A DNA stretch of 46,947 nt, taken from IMG/VR virus record IMGVR_UViG_3300034147_000130, positions 1 to 46,947 of that record; one strand, 5' to 3'. The stretch comes from a virus. Taxonomy: Duplodnaviria > Caudoviricetes. Each line of letters begins with the position of its first letter. Position 1 is the first letter of the stretch. Of this stretch, positions 9,282 through 18,015 are shown one piece after another. A program made the translations under genes and the position numbers. The notes under the pieces were generated by a model. It did not search any database, had not been told where the DNA came from, and worked only from the letters and a program-made list of their open reading frames with translations.

Positions 9282-10538
9282 CTAGGCGGGACGCTCGCGG
9301 GCCTCGTAGCCCCGCTGGATCAGCCCCCTGACCGTCGACACGTCGGGCGCCCGGGACGGCATGGTGGTGCCGGTCTGCTCCCCGATGGGCACGACGCCGT
9401 TGCCGTTCGAGCGCGGCGCCGGGTTCCCCGTCCGGCCCCACGGCGATCTGCCCGACGCCCGCCCGCGCTCTTCCGCCGCCTGGAGGTCAGCCTTGTGCTG
9501 GTCCTTCAGTTTGGCGATGTCCTGCGCGTGCTTCGTGGCCTGCGCCTGGAGCGCCTCGCCCACCTTCCCCGTCAGCTTGGGGGACTTGGTCGACATGAAC
9601 TCCACGAACTTGGCCAACCCGGTCGCCTCGTCGTCGCCCTCCTCCGGGCCGGCCGCGAGGTACTCCGGGTCGTCGGCGTCCACCTCGAACGCCTGCGCGA
9701 TCATGGTGCTGATGCGTACCGACAGGTCTCGTGCGGCCGCCGCCTCCTGTTCCTCAAGCTCCATCTGCTGGGCGTAGGCCGGAGGGTTCTCGCGCCGTAG
9801 CTGGCGTAGCTGCTCGATCCGCCAGTCCTCCGCGTCGGCCGCCTGGATGCCGTCCGACAGCTTCTCCGAGAGGCGCTCGGCAAGCTGGGCCGGGTTCAGG
9901 TTGGGGTCGGCGCGCAGGCGTGCCACGTCGCGCTTCAACCCGGGCTGCGCCCGGAACGCGCGCTGCCAGCGCTCCGACTTGAACTCCTCGGCCTCGGCCT
10001 GGGGAGCCGGGGGCTGAGTAGCCGGATCGGGGGACGCTGACGACGGGGACGCCTCAGGAGCCGTCGCGCCGGGCCTGGCCGGGGACTCCTCTTTGGGAGG
10101 AGCGGGGGGCCGGGGAGAAGCGCCGGGCCGGGGAGGGGTCGGTGTCGGGGTCTCTTGTACCGCAGGCGTGGGGGGCGCGTCAACCGCCGCGGCCTGTTGG
10201 GCCTCCTGGCGGGGCAGGAAGCGCCCGTCCGGGCCACGCTCCCGAGCCGGCTGCAACTGCACCACCGGGCCTTCCGGCCCCATGGGCGCCGTCCCGTTGG
10301 CCCCGGCCTCCACCGCCGGCGCCTCGCCCTGCTGGGCCTCGCCGTCCTGCATCTCCCGCTGGCGCCCGTACGCCTGGCGGAAGAGGGCCTGGGCGCCCTG
10401 CACGTCGATGGCGCGGGGTTCGACGTTCAGGGGGGCGTCGCCCCCGGTAGAGCGCTGACCCCGGGGGGCAGTCTCCACCGCCGGGGGCGCTGCGGTGGTC
10501 GTCTCGACCGGGGCAGCGTCGGTAGCGGTATCGGACAT
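9282..10538 (-). CDS. Capsid scaffolding protein
   Basis: Acidic/Pro-rich with helical regions, contains RGPDGRF motif, immediately upstream of MCP; AAGGA RBS. Confidence 0.7.
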   Translation of the reverse strand: MSDTATDAAPVETTTAAPPAVETAPRGQRSTGGDAPLNVEPRAIDVQGAQALFRQAYGRQREMQDGEAQQGEAPAVEAGANGTAPMGPEGPVVQLQPARERGPDGRFLPRQEAQQAAAVDAPPTPAVQETPTPTPPRPGASPRPPAPPKEESPARPGATAPEASPSSASPDPATQPPAPQAEAEEFKSERWQRAFRAQPGLKRDVARLRADPNLNPAQLAERLSEKLSDGIQAADAEDWRIEQLRQLRRENPPAYAQQMELEEQEAAAARDLSVRISTMIAQAFEVDADDPEYLAAGPEEGDDEATGLAKFVEFMSTKSPKLTGKVGEALQAQATKHAQDIAKLKDQHKADLQAAEERGRASGRSPWGRTGNPAPRSNGNGVVPIGEQTGTTMPSRAPDVSTVRGLIQRGYEARERPA

Positions 10539-10559
10539 ATGCGGTTCCTTGCTCGCGGC

Positions 10560-13403
10560 TTACTTGAGCGAATAGGCGCCGGTGGTGGACTTCGTCCCGG
10601 GGGCGCCTCGGTTGGCGTACAGCTTCTGGGTCTCCTCGTCTACCCCGCCGGCCTTGGCGAATGACCCGACGACGGCCCGGGCGACGGGAGAGAGCTTGCG
10701 GGTCTGCTTCAGGTTCTGCAGGCGCACCTGGCTGCTGGAGACGGGGGCCACGCTGCTGTCTTCGATCTGGCCGGTGGACGACCCGTAGTTACCCGAGGAG
10801 GAGATGCCGGTGCCCTGCTTGAACGCCTGCACGGCGGCGGGGGTGCGGATGTTGACCCCGGTGGTGGGGGCCTGGGGCGCGGTGTCGTCCGTGACCGTGA
10901 GGCCGGCCTCCACCCCCGCCTGCCCACCGGCGGTGGGCTGGACGCTGGGCTGGTTCTCGCTCTGCCCGGCGAAGATGTTGCTGGAGGCCCCGGTCTGCTG
11001 CTGGGCGGCGGGCGCTGCGGCCTGCGCGGCCGCGGCCTGGGTGGCCGGGTACGCCTGCACCGCCGGCGTCGGCTGGACGGGCTGGGTGGTGGGGGTGCCC
11101 CCCGGCGCCCAGGCCCCGGACTGGCCGAACTGGTCGATGGTCTGCCCCGGCGCGGTCAGGCCCGGCACCCCCACCGCCCCGGCGGTGTTGCCGGTGTTCC
11201 ACCCGGTGGCCCCCCGGGCGTACTCGTTCTCGAAGGCCATGGCCGGGTTGGCCGCTCGGGCGTAGGCCGCTTGCTGCTGCTCGGCCAGCAGGCGCTGCAT
11301 ATCGACGGTGGCCTTGCCGTCCAGGTAGCCGGTGGCGATCCCCGCGTCCTGGGCCAGCTTGTCCTGGTTGTACTTGGTCAGGGCCTGCTTGTACGCCTCG
11401 TCGGTGAGCGCCGCCTTCATGTTGGCGTCGGCGTTGATCTTGGCGATGGCGTTCTTCTCGGCCTGATCCTTGATGTCGGCGGCCAGCTTCTGGGCGTCCA
11501 GGGTGGGCATCCCGTTGAAGACGCCCGAGAGCTTAGCCTCCTCGATGGCCTGCAGGCCAGCCTTGTACTTCACGTCCGCCAGGAGCTTGTTGAATTCGAG
11601 GTCGAAGCCGTTGACCATCCCGCCCTTGATCGGGCCGAGGGGGGTCTGCTCGCCCTCCGCGTAGGTGCCGGAGACGCCTCCGGTGTTGGCGGGGCCGGTG
11701 GTGCCGGGGGTGGTGGTGCCCGGCGGGGCGGTCACGTTCCCGTTGGTGACGCCCCCGCCGTTGATCTGGGTGCCGTAGCCGATGGTGTTGGCGTCGACCT
11801 GCCCGCCGTAGTCGGCCGTCCCCGCCCCGGAGCCGTCCGCCTGCACCCCCACCAGGGCGGCCAGGTTGGGGGCCACCCCGCCGATGCTGGCCGGGGTCAT
11901 CCCGAAGACCTTCTTCAGGAAGTCCCACCCCCGGTTGGTGACCCGCACCACACCCAACTGGATGGCCCGGGCGATCAGGGGGCCGTACTCCCGGGGGATG
12001 CCCGAGGTGTTCAGGCTGCTCTCGGTATCCGAGCGCAGCAGCAGGTTGCCCAGGACGGCCCAGTCGCCCTCCAGGTTGACCCCCGGGCCGACGAACAACT
12101 GGGCGGTGGGGGTGGGGCCACCGCCCACACCCGCCGGCGCGCCCGGGGTGTTCGACCCGCCCCCGGTGGCGTACCCCGTCTGGTAGTAGGGCAGGGCCAG
12201 GGGCTGCGGCTCCTGCATCGGCTCGGCCGGCGGGGGCTGCTGGGGTGGGCCGGCCGGGGCCATGGCCGAGGGCGGTTGCGCCACCACGCCGGCCAGGGGG
12301 TTCATCCCGCCCCCGCCCCCGGAAGCGCCGGCGCCGGAGGCGTTGCTGTTGAAGACGTAGCGGGACGGCCCCATCGCGCTCTGAGCGCTCGGGGCGCTCG
12401 GGGCGCTCGGGGCGCTCGGGGCGCTCGGGGCGCCCCCACCCATCGACTGCCGGGCCAGCGCCCCGGCCACCGGGTTCACCCCACCACCCCGGCCGGTGCG
12501 CACCCACCTGTTCCAGTTCTCCTGCCCCCCGGCGCCGGCGTAGCCCCCGCTCTCGTCGTAGCGCCCGGCGCCATCGGTGGGGTCACCCTGACCCCCGGAA
12601 CCGAACGACTTGTTCAGGCCGACCCACGACCCCTCACCCGCCGCGGGCAGGCCGTTGAGACCGCCCCTCCCGGAGATGAAGGAGAAGGGCTGGGCGCCGT
12701 AGTAGGCCCCGGTGGTGTTGCGGGGGCCACCCCTGCCGTTGTTGGCCTGCGGGTCCCACCCGCTGTCCTGGCGCCCCAGGCGGATGCTCGCCTCCTCCAT
12801 CTTCCCGGTGGCGGCGTTGCGCTGGGTGGCCATCTGCTGCTCGCCGTAGCCCAGCGGCCCGCCCTCGTCGTCCCGGCCGATGAAGTGGCGGTTGCCCCCG
12901 GCGTCGAAGAAGCCCGACCCGAAGCCCCCGCTGGCCTGCTCGGGCATCTCCCCCAGGCGATTGGTGTAGGTGCCCGGCTGCCCGCCCCGGAAGGGGTTCT
13001 GGGTCGTGCCGTAGAGAGTCTCCCCTGAAGGGCCTCGGCCGCTCCCGGGCACCACGTTGGAGGTGGGATACGCCTGGGACTGGCCCGGCTTGTAGGGCAC
13101 GCCGGCGCCCGGGTTGGTCTGGGTGCCGGCCTGGCCGTAGCCTCCTGCCGCCGGCGCCGCAGGCGAGCCCCCCGGCCGACCGGCCTTCTCCTGCAGCCAG
13201 GCCACGGCGGCGTTCTCGCCGTGCACGCCGTACCAGGTGGCCTGGTCTTTGGGGTCAAGATTGTAGAACTCCTGGGCCTCGGGGGGCACCTGGAGCCGGC
13301 CGCTCTGGGCGGCCCAGAAGTACGGGGCGCTGGCCCCGTACATCCCCTCGAAGTTGCGCCTGACCGACTCGCCCTGGGCGGCGAAGTCTTCCCTGATCCC
13401 CAC
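10560..13403 (-). CDS. Putative internal virion/ejection protein (G/A/Q-rich, ~947 aa)
   Basis: Long ORF with strong GC3 bias; likely GTG start at 13403 just after the upstream stop; contains a coiled-coil segment; third of three large genes. Confidence 0.6.
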   Translation of the reverse strand: MGIREDFAAQGESVRRNFEGMYGASAPYFWAAQSGRLQVPPEAQEFYNLDPKDQATWYGVHGENAAVAWLQEKAGRPGGSPAAPAAGGYGQAGTQTNPGAGVPYKPGQSQAYPTSNVVPGSGRGPSGETLYGTTQNPFRGGQPGTYTNRLGEMPEQASGGFGSGFFDAGGNRHFIGRDDEGGPLGYGEQQMATQRNAATGKMEEASIRLGRQDSGWDPQANNGRGGPRNTTGAYYGAQPFSFISGRGGLNGLPAAGEGSWVGLNKSFGSGGQGDPTDGAGRYDESGGYAGAGGQENWNRWVRTGRGGGVNPVAGALARQSMGGGAPSAPSAPSAPSAPSAQSAMGPSRYVFNSNASGAGASGGGGGMNPLAGVVAQPPSAMAPAGPPQQPPPAEPMQEPQPLALPYYQTGYATGGGSNTPGAPAGVGGGPTPTAQLFVGPGVNLEGDWAVLGNLLLRSDTESSLNTSGIPREYGPLIARAIQLGVVRVTNRGWDFLKKVFGMTPASIGGVAPNLAALVGVQADGSGAGTADYGGQVDANTIGYGTQINGGGVTNGNVTAPPGTTTPGTTGPANTGGVSGTYAEGEQTPLGPIKGGMVNGFDLEFNKLLADVKYKAGLQAIEEAKLSGVFNGMPTLDAQKLAADIKDQAEKNAIAKINADANMKAALTDEAYKQALTKYNQDKLAQDAGIATGYLDGKATVDMQRLLAEQQQAAYARAANPAMAFENEYARGATGWNTGNTAGAVGVPGLTAPGQTIDQFGQSGAWAPGGTPTTQPVQPTPAVQAYPATQAAAAQAAAPAAQQQTGASSNIFAGQSENQPSVQPTAGGQAGVEAGLTVTDDTAPQAPTTGVNIRTPAAVQAFKQGTGISSSGNYGSSTGQIEDSSVAPVSSSQVRLQNLKQTRKLSPVARAVVGSFAKAGGVDEETQKLYANRGAPGTKSTTGAYSLK
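12376..12433. repeat. 9-bp tandem repeat (GCGCTCGGG x5 plus one degenerate unit) encoding (APS)n
   Basis: Directly visible in the sequence. Confidence 0.95.
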
Positions 13404-13404
13404 G

Positions 13405-16400
13405 CTACACCGTCCCCGGCGCGCCCACGGCGCGCCCCGCACTCATCGGCACCACCCCGGTTTGCTGCAGCAGGCGCTGCAGCGGCGACATCGCCTGGGG
13501 CGCCCCCGGTCCCCCGTAGTAGCCCCCACTGGCCGGCTGGGCGCGCCCCGGGAAGCCCGTCTGGGCGCCTCCCCCGCCGGCGGTGGCCGGGCGGGCGGTG
13601 ATCCCGTACCCACCAGCGCTGCCCGAGGCCCCGCGCTGGAAGAGCGTGCTCGACCCGGCGGCGCCGCTGGGGCCGCCGGTGCCCGAGGTGGCGAAGGCCG
13701 CCGGCGTCGCGCTGTCCCACATGGGGGCGCGGTTCTGGCCGTTGCTCGGCGGGCTGGGGATTGTCGCCGGAGCCACCGTGCCGAACGTGGGGCCGGTGCC
13801 AGCGCCGTACTCGCCCCCGCCCGCGCCGTAGGCCCCGCCTCCGGCGCCCCCCGTGGCCGGCGACGGCCCGGCGAAGCCCCCGGCCATCCCGCCCTGGCTG
13901 CGCTGCTTGGTGGGGTCGGGCTGGGCCAGGGCCTGCGCGGCGCCCCAGCCCACGTCGACCGAGGCCGGCGGGGGGAGCGTCCAGATGGAGCCGCCGCCCC
14001 CGCCGGTGCCCACCTCGTAGCCCGAGCGCAGCATCGGCGGGTCCTCGCCGTGGAAGCCGGCCCCGCCCCCGCCCAGGCCCTCGAAGGCCGAGCCGTCGCT
14101 GCGGTGCCAGGTCTCGATGGCCCCGTCGTCGTAGTGGGTCTGATACCAGTCGTCCTCCAGCGGGATGATGTGCTTGCCGGGGACAGGCAGGCGCCGGCGC
14201 TTGGACGAGCGCCTGGGCGCGCCCCCGCCGTAGCTGGGGGTGTACCCACCCCCGCCCGTCCCGGGGTGCAGGGCCGGGGGCTGCCGGCGCGGGACGTAGA
14301 GCGGCGGAAAGCCGTTGCCCCCGCCCACGAAGTAGCCCCCCTCGTCCTCGTCCTCCTCGGGCGGCGGCTGGGGCTGCTCGGGCAGGGGGATTTGCCACTC
14401 CTCGCTCGTGCCGTCCGAGTAGGTCGTGCGGGCGTACCCGGGCCTGCCCTCGCCCTCCAGGTCGATGGTCTCGACCTCGGTGCGGGGGGCGGCTTGGGCT
14501 TGCGGTTGGGCCTGGGCCGCCGGTGCGGCCGCCGGGGTGGCCGGGGCGCTGGGCGTCGGACTGCTGTAGTCGCCCGCCGGCTGACTCGCGGTCGGCGCGG
14601 CCTGCTGCTGGGGTTTCTTGTAGGGCGCGGTGAACGGCTCCTGCTGCTGCTTGGCCACGCCCTCGCGCTGGGTGTCGATGGTGCGCTGGCGGGCCTGCTG
14701 GGCGTCGTAGTTGGCCGCCACCGGCTCGAAGACGCTCGGCGCGATGTTCATCGAGGCGGCGGCCTTGCGGGGGTCGGTCACCTGGGACAGGCCGGCCAGC
14801 ATGGCGATCTGGTAGGGGGCGGTGGCCACCTGATAGGCGCCCACCCCCGCGCGGGCCTCGCCCACCTCGGCGGTGCGCCGGGTGCGCTCGCTGAAGCCCT
14901 CCTCGGCCAGGTTGTGGCGCCCGGCCTCAAGCTGGGTCTGGCGCTGGGTCTCGCTGTTCTGCAGGGCGGTGAAGTCGGCCACGCTCTTGGCCGCCTGCAT
15001 CACCAGGCCGCGCACCTCGGCCGGCGTCGCGCCGGCGTTGATGGCGTCTTCGATCCGCTGCCACTCCTCGGCCTCTTTCTGCTCCTGCTCCAGCTTGAAC
15101 TTCTCGCTCTGGCTCTTGGTGACCGCGCTCTCGCTCTCGGCCGCCGCGCGCCGGTCGTAGACCTCGCGCTCCTCGGCGGTGAGCGTGTCGGTGGCGGATA
15201 CCATCCGGCCGTCCGCGTCCAGGCGGATGGAGCGCCCCGTCGAGGACACGAGCACCGTGTCGCTCGACCGGGGGTCGAAGTTGGGGTTCTCGTCAACGAT
15301 GGTCTTGCCGGTCTTGTCCTGGCGGATGATGTAGCGGTCGCGGCGATCCGAGGCGACCCCGGTGGGGGTGTTCAGGAAGCCCCGGTTCTGCTGCCAGTAG
15401 ATCGAGCCGTCCGCCGGGTCGTAGAAGAGCAACTCCGGGCCGTCGCTCCCCGAGAGCAGGACGGGCTTGCCGTCAGTCGGCTCGGGGATGTGGTTGACGA
15501 CCTGGCCGGTCTCGTCGTCGGTGAAGTAGACCCCGTCGCCCTGGACGGGGTGGGCGGTGACCTTGGGGCGCGCCTCGGGCTTGGGGCCTCCGACGCCCTC
15601 CCACTTCCCGGTCTCCGGGTTGAGCCACATGGTTTGCCCGGTGGCCTGGTCGGTCGCCGTCTGGCCCTGGCGGGTGCTGGCCGTGGCCGGGTTGGGCTGC
15701 CCGGCCGCCGAGGCGGCGTCCGCCGGGTTGGTCGTCTCGGCCGCGGCCACCGCCGTCTGGGCCTGGGCGACCTCCTTCTCCAGGGCCTCCAGGGCCTTGC
15801 GCTTGCCCGCCGTATCGGCCGGGTCGGCGTAAGCCGCCTTGGTGGCGTTGGCCTGGCTGTAGACGGCGTAGTTGGGGTCGCCCTCAGGGGGCGGGGTCGC
15901 CCCGTAGGCGGCCACCACCCGCTCGGAGTTGTAGCGCTCCATCTGGGCGGCGTAGAGCTTCTGGGCCGCCGTGTTGGCCGCGATCTTGGCGGCCTTGAGC
16001 TTGGGGCTATCGCCCGTCGACTCCTGCAGGAGCTTGGGCGCCGGCGGGGCCTGGGCCGCCGTCGTCTCCGGCCCGGGTGGCCCAATGGGCGTGTCCGAGG
16101 TGGCCTCCGGGGCGGGGACGCTGCTGCTCTCGCCCGGCCGGGGCGAGGTGGCCGGGGGCGGGGTGCTCCCCGCCCCCATGGGCCGGGTGCTGCCCCCTTG
16201 GGTGGGCGTCGGGGTCGGGGTCGGGGTGGCTCCCGGCTGGAGTAAGATCGGGTGGTCTCCGGGGCCGGGCCGGAACAGGATGCCCCGCTGCTGGGCCTCC
16301 CGGGCACGGCGCTGCTCGGGCGTCTCGGTGGCCATGTCGTCCGACCTCCATGCACCCACCAGCGGCTCGGCTGGTGGGCCTTGCTCGTCCAGGTTCAGCA

Positions 16401-18015
16401 TAAGCGCCGAGCGCTCGACGCCCCCGGCGTCGTCCGTCAGGGTGTTGGGGGTGCCGGCGCTCCCGAGGAGTTCGGTGCCCGAGACGGGGCCGGGGGCGAT
16501 GTTCGGCGCCGGGGGCGTCCCGATCTGGGGCATGGGCGCCGGCTCCGGCCCCTGGCTCGTGGCGGGCGAAGGCATGGGCGCTGGGGGCACGTCGGGGACG
16601 CGCTGCTCCCGCTTCCACTTGTCGAAGGCGGCCTGGCTCTCGGCCGTGGGCGGGGGGAGCCGGGACGACCCGGCCACGCCCCCGGCGGGCGCCACCGCCG
16701 AGGGCGTCGGTGCCGAGGCCGGCGCCGGCGACTCCCCCGTGACGCCGGACGGGGCCGCCGAGGCCGGCGCGGGCAGTGTGCCAGACGGGGCACCGGACGG
16801 GCCGGCGGCCTTGCCCCCCTTGCCCGGGGGCAGGGGGTTGACCCCCGGCTGCTGGCCGGCGGTGACCCGGCCCGGGACGAAGTTGCCGGCGGCGCCGTTG
16901 TCCAGCGCCCCCTTGGGGTTGCGGTGCTCGTAATCGAGGTGCGGGCCGGTGGCGTTCCCGGAATCGCCCACCTGACCCAGGAGTTGCCCGCCGCCCACCC
17001 GCTGGCCGGGGACGACCACGATGGAGCCGGCCCGCTGGTGGCTGTAGCGGGCGCTGGTGCCGTCCGCGTAGCGCACGACGACGCTCCCGCCCCAGCCCCC
17101 GTTCTCCTTGGCGTCGCGCCCGGTGCCGGTGCGGCTGTCGCCCCGGGCCTGGTAGACCTCCGCGACCCAGCCGGGCATCTCGGCCACGATGGGCGCGCCG
17201 TAGGGCGCCGTCAGGTCGGAGCCGTTGTTCGTCGGGGCCAGGGGCAGGTCGGACGCCCCGGCCGAGCGGAACTGGGTCGCCCCGAAGGCGTTGGTCACGC
17301 TGCCCGGGCGCACGCCGGCGACGGGCCAGAAGCGCTCGCCCGACGCCTGGGGCTTCCCCGAGGCGACCAGCGGGCTGCCCCCCATGACCTGGGGGGAGAC
17401 GGCCGGACGCTTGGGCTGCGGCCCGCGCACGTAGGTGCGCCCGGCCTTGACCTCGTCGGACACGGGCGCGTCCCGGTTGGCCCGCACCACCACCGTCGTC
17501 CCGGCGGGGCGCTCCCGCACCCGAGCGGGGAGGGTGGGGTTGACCAGGACGCCCGCGCCGGGCCGGCGCGGGGCCACCACCGCCGGGGGCGCCGTGCCCC
17601 CCTTCCCCACCCCGCCGGCGGCGGCGTCCAGGGCGGACATCCCCTCCTTCATCCGCCCCAGGTTGGCGTCGATGTTGCGGGCATAGGTGCCCGGGTTCAG
17701 GGGGCGCTGGGCCTTGGCCGCGATCTGGCCCGGGGTGTCCCGGGGGTTCTTGGCGATGGTCTGGCGCACCTCGGTGGCGGCGCGGTTTGCGGACGCCTCC
17801 ACGTCCATGCGGTCGGCATCCGACCGGCCGTAGCCCCGCCCGGCCTCGTGCTCCTGGAAGGGGCCGACGCTCTTCCCGTTATCCCCCCGAGCGTCGGGGC
17901 GCAGGGCGCTCTCCTGGACGGCGATGGCCACCAGCAGGTCGGGGTCGATGCCCCGCGCCCGGGCCACCCGGCGGATGATCTGCTCGACGCTCTCGCCGGT
18001 GGCCGTGGCCATCAC
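13405..18015 (-). CDS. Virion-associated peptidoglycan hydrolase / ejection protein: lytic transglycosylase + M23-like domain
   Basis: GIDPDLLVAIAVQES...GPFQ (SLT catalytic E); GWGGSVVV...YSH...GQRV..GQLLGQVGDSGNATGPHLDYE (M23). Confidence 0.85.
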   Translation of the reverse strand: MMATATGESVEQIIRRVARARGIDPDLLVAIAVQESALRPDARGDNGKSVGPFQEHEAGRGYGRSDADRMDVEASANRAATEVRQTIAKNPRDTPGQIAAKAQRPLNPGTYARNIDANLGRMKEGMSALDAAAGGVGKGGTAPPAVVAPRRPGAGVLVNPTLPARVRERPAGTTVVVRANRDAPVSDEVKAGRTYVRGPQPKRPAVSPQVMGGSPLVASGKPQASGERFWPVAGVRPGSVTNAFGATQFRSAGASDLPLAPTNNGSDLTAPYGAPIVAEMPGWVAEVYQARGDSRTGTGRDAKENGGWGGSVVVRYADGTSARYSHQRAGSIVVVPGQRVGGGQLLGQVGDSGNATGPHLDYEHRNPKGALDNGAAGNFVPGRVTAGQQPGVNPLPPGKGGKAAGPSGAPSGTLPAPASAAPSGVTGESPAPASAPTPSAVAPAGGVAGSSRLPPPTAESQAAFDKWKREQRVPDVPPAPMPSPATSQGPEPAPMPQIGTPPAPNIAPGPVSGTELLGSAGTPNTLTDDAGGVERSALMLNLDEQGPPAEPLVGAWRSDDMATETPEQRRAREAQQRGILFRPGPGDHPILLQPGATPTPTPTPTQGGSTRPMGAGSTPPPATSPRPGESSSVPAPEATSDTPIGPPGPETTAAQAPPAPKLLQESTGDSPKLKAAKIAANTAAQKLYAAQMERYNSERVVAAYGATPPPEGDPNYAVYSQANATKAAYADPADTAGKRKALEALEKEVAQAQTAVAAAETTNPADAASAAGQPNPATASTRQGQTATDQATGQTMWLNPETGKWEGVGGPKPEARPKVTAHPVQGDGVYFTDDETGQVVNHIPEPTDGKPVLLSGSDGPELLFYDPADGSIYWQQNRGFLNTPTGVASDRRDRYIIRQDKTGKTIVDENPNFDPRSSDTVLVSSTGRSIRLDADGRMVSATDTLTAEEREVYDRRAAAESESAVTKSQSEKFKLEQEQKEAEEWQRIEDAINAGATPAEVRGLVMQAAKSVADFTALQNSETQRQTQLEAGRHNLAEEGFSERTRRTAEVGEARAGVGAYQVATAPYQIAMLAGLSQVTDPRKAAASMNIAPSVFEPVAANYDAQQARQRTIDTQREGVAKQQQEPFTAPYKKPQQQAAPTASQPAGDYSSPTPSAPATPAAAPAAQAQPQAQAAPRTEVETIDLEGEGRPGYARTTYSDGTSEEWQIPLPEQPQPPPEEDEDEGGYFVGGGNGFPPLYVPRRQPPALHPGTGGGGYTPSYGGGAPRRSSKRRRLPVPGKHIIPLEDDWYQTHYDDGAIETWHRSDGSAFEGLGGGGAGFHGEDPPMLRSGYEVGTGGGGGSIWTLPPPASVDVGWGAAQALAQPDPTKQRSQGGMAGGFAGPSPATGGAGGGAYGAGGGEYGAGTGPTFGTVAPATIPSPPSNGQNRAPMWDSATPAAFATSGTGGPSGAAGSSTLFQRGASGSAGGYGITARPATAGGGGAQTGFPGRAQPASGGYYGGPGAPQAMSPLQRLLQQTGVVPMSAGRAVGAPGTV

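Noticed and set aside
9935-10237. Arg/Pro-rich alternative-frame ORF in the scaffold linker
   Set aside because: No protein-like core or clear RBS; relaxed codon use in a disordered linker is sufficient explanation.
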